Source: an uncultured Rhodospirillaceae bacterium (GTDB taxonomy: Bacteria; Pseudomonadota; Alphaproteobacteria; Micavibrionales; UBA2020). From it: 64,000 nucleotides of DNA. The notes beneath the pieces were generated by a model. That model made no database searches, was not told the DNA's origin, and was given only the letters and a program-made list of their open reading frames with translations. Positions 63,436-64,000 of this stretch are shown in pieces. Both the position numbers and the translations under genes were made by a program. Position 1 is the first letter of the stretch, and every line of letters starts with the position of its first letter. The stretch covers positions 16,244 to 80,243 of the forward strand of contig CAYZCE010000004.1 of the NCBI GenBank assembly GCA_964476835.1, written 5' to 3'.

Positions 63436-64000
63436 AGCTCCTTGAACGGCAGGCGCACGGTCACTGTCGATTGTGCGGCAATCCCCTCGCGGCGTCCAGT
63501 GAAACCGAGGGTTTCGCTGGTCGTCGCCTTGACGCTGACGCGGGCGGCAGGCAGACTGAGGATGTCCGCGATGCGCGCGCGCATCCGGTCACGGTGTGGG
63601 CCGATCTTGGGTTCTTCGCAGACGATGGTGAGGTCGACATGCGCGATCACGCCGCCCTGCGCCGCGACAAGCCCTGCCGCATGCGCGAGGAACTGCGCGC
63701 TGTCGGCGTTTTTCCAGCGCGCGTCCTTGGGGCTGAAATGCTGGCCGATGTCGCCGTCGGCGATCGTGCCGAGGATGGCATCGGTGACCGCGTGCAAACC
63801 GACGTCGGCGTCGGAGTGGCCTTCCAGCGCATGGGTGTGCGGCACGGCGATGCCGCAGATCATCAGCGGACGGTCCGGCGTCGCGGGCACCAGCTTGTGC
63901 ACGTCATAGCCCGTACCGACGCGCAGGTCACCGAGACGGGAGAAGAGATATTGTTCGGCCAAGGGCAGGTCCTCCGTGGTCGTGATCTTGATGTTGTCGC
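63432..64000 (-). CDS. ispDF: bifunctional IspD/IspF (partial; IspF domain complete, IspD continues beyond the window)
   Basis: IspF motifs 'GYDVHKL', 'GHSDADVGLHA'. The reading frame stays open upstream of Met 63962 and encodes '...DNIKITTTEDLPLA', the typical IspD C-terminus. Confidence 0.85.
   Translation of the reverse strand, partial: DNIKITTTEDLPLAEQYLFSRLGDLRVGTGYDVHKLVPATPDRPLMICGIAVPHTHALEGHSDADVGLHAVTDAILGTIADGDIGQHFSPKDARWKNADSAQFLAHAAGLVAAQGGVIAHVDLTIVCEEPKIGPHRDRMRARIADILSLPAARVSVKATTSETLGFTGRREGIAAQSTVTVRLPFKEL

Overview
GC-rich, densely coding chromosomal segment with alphaproteobacterial gene content and synteny. All calls come from reading motifs in the supplied translations and DNA; no BLAST or HMM search was run.

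Most of the window is core housekeeping:
- mtaB, nudix, dapF
- smc, trhO, and a kbl/tdh threonine-degradation operon followed by an ALDH7-type dehydrogenase
- trmFO and nnr
- a long minus-strand block: nlpD, pcm, surE, serS, tatCBA, scpBA, nagZ, SPOR protein, argS
- dgt, erpA, xthA, murJ, ubiE
- prfB, with its classical +1 frameshift site
- cspA, lipA, pncC/cinA, pgpA, and a partial ispDF at the window edge
- two tRNA-Ser genes (anticodons CGA and UGA)

No CRISPR array, IS element, transposase or integrase was seen.

Accessory or unusual pockets:
1. 18.6-24.2 kb is a stress-type locus. It holds CsbD, SYLF, DUF1328, DUF883/YqjD-like and EF-hand proteins plus a small hydrophilic protein. An ECF sigma factor sits divergent from an OmpR-family regulator whose phospho-acceptor Asp is replaced by Ser. 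Three perfect GGAAC-N16/17-CGTT (EcfG-type) promoters lie here, and a fourth near-match lies at 60.2 kb.
2. 24.2-24.7 kb is an AT-rich relic carrying an orphan alpA-like gene beside tRNA-Ser.
3. 26.5-28.5 kb encodes a 676-aa secreted protein of unknown family with an embedded papain-like (CHAP/NlpC-P60-like) Cys...His segment.
4. 48.7-52.5 kb is an operon of three translationally coupled, paralogous isochorismatase-like hydrolases plus an OafA-type acyltransferase.
5. 54.2-59.1 kb contains a PPDK-like protein that keeps the phosphohistidine swivel and PEP-binding domains. It lacks the ATP-grasp module and has a receiver/flavodoxin-like N-terminus instead. It is flanked by a CrtI-family flavoprotein and a PlsC-family acyltransferase. 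This is my best candidate for something undescribed.

Three small genes missing from the ORF track were found by eye: tatA, csbD and a 27-aa hydrophobic peptide. The many long ORFs antisense to real genes are treated as high-GC shadow ORFs.
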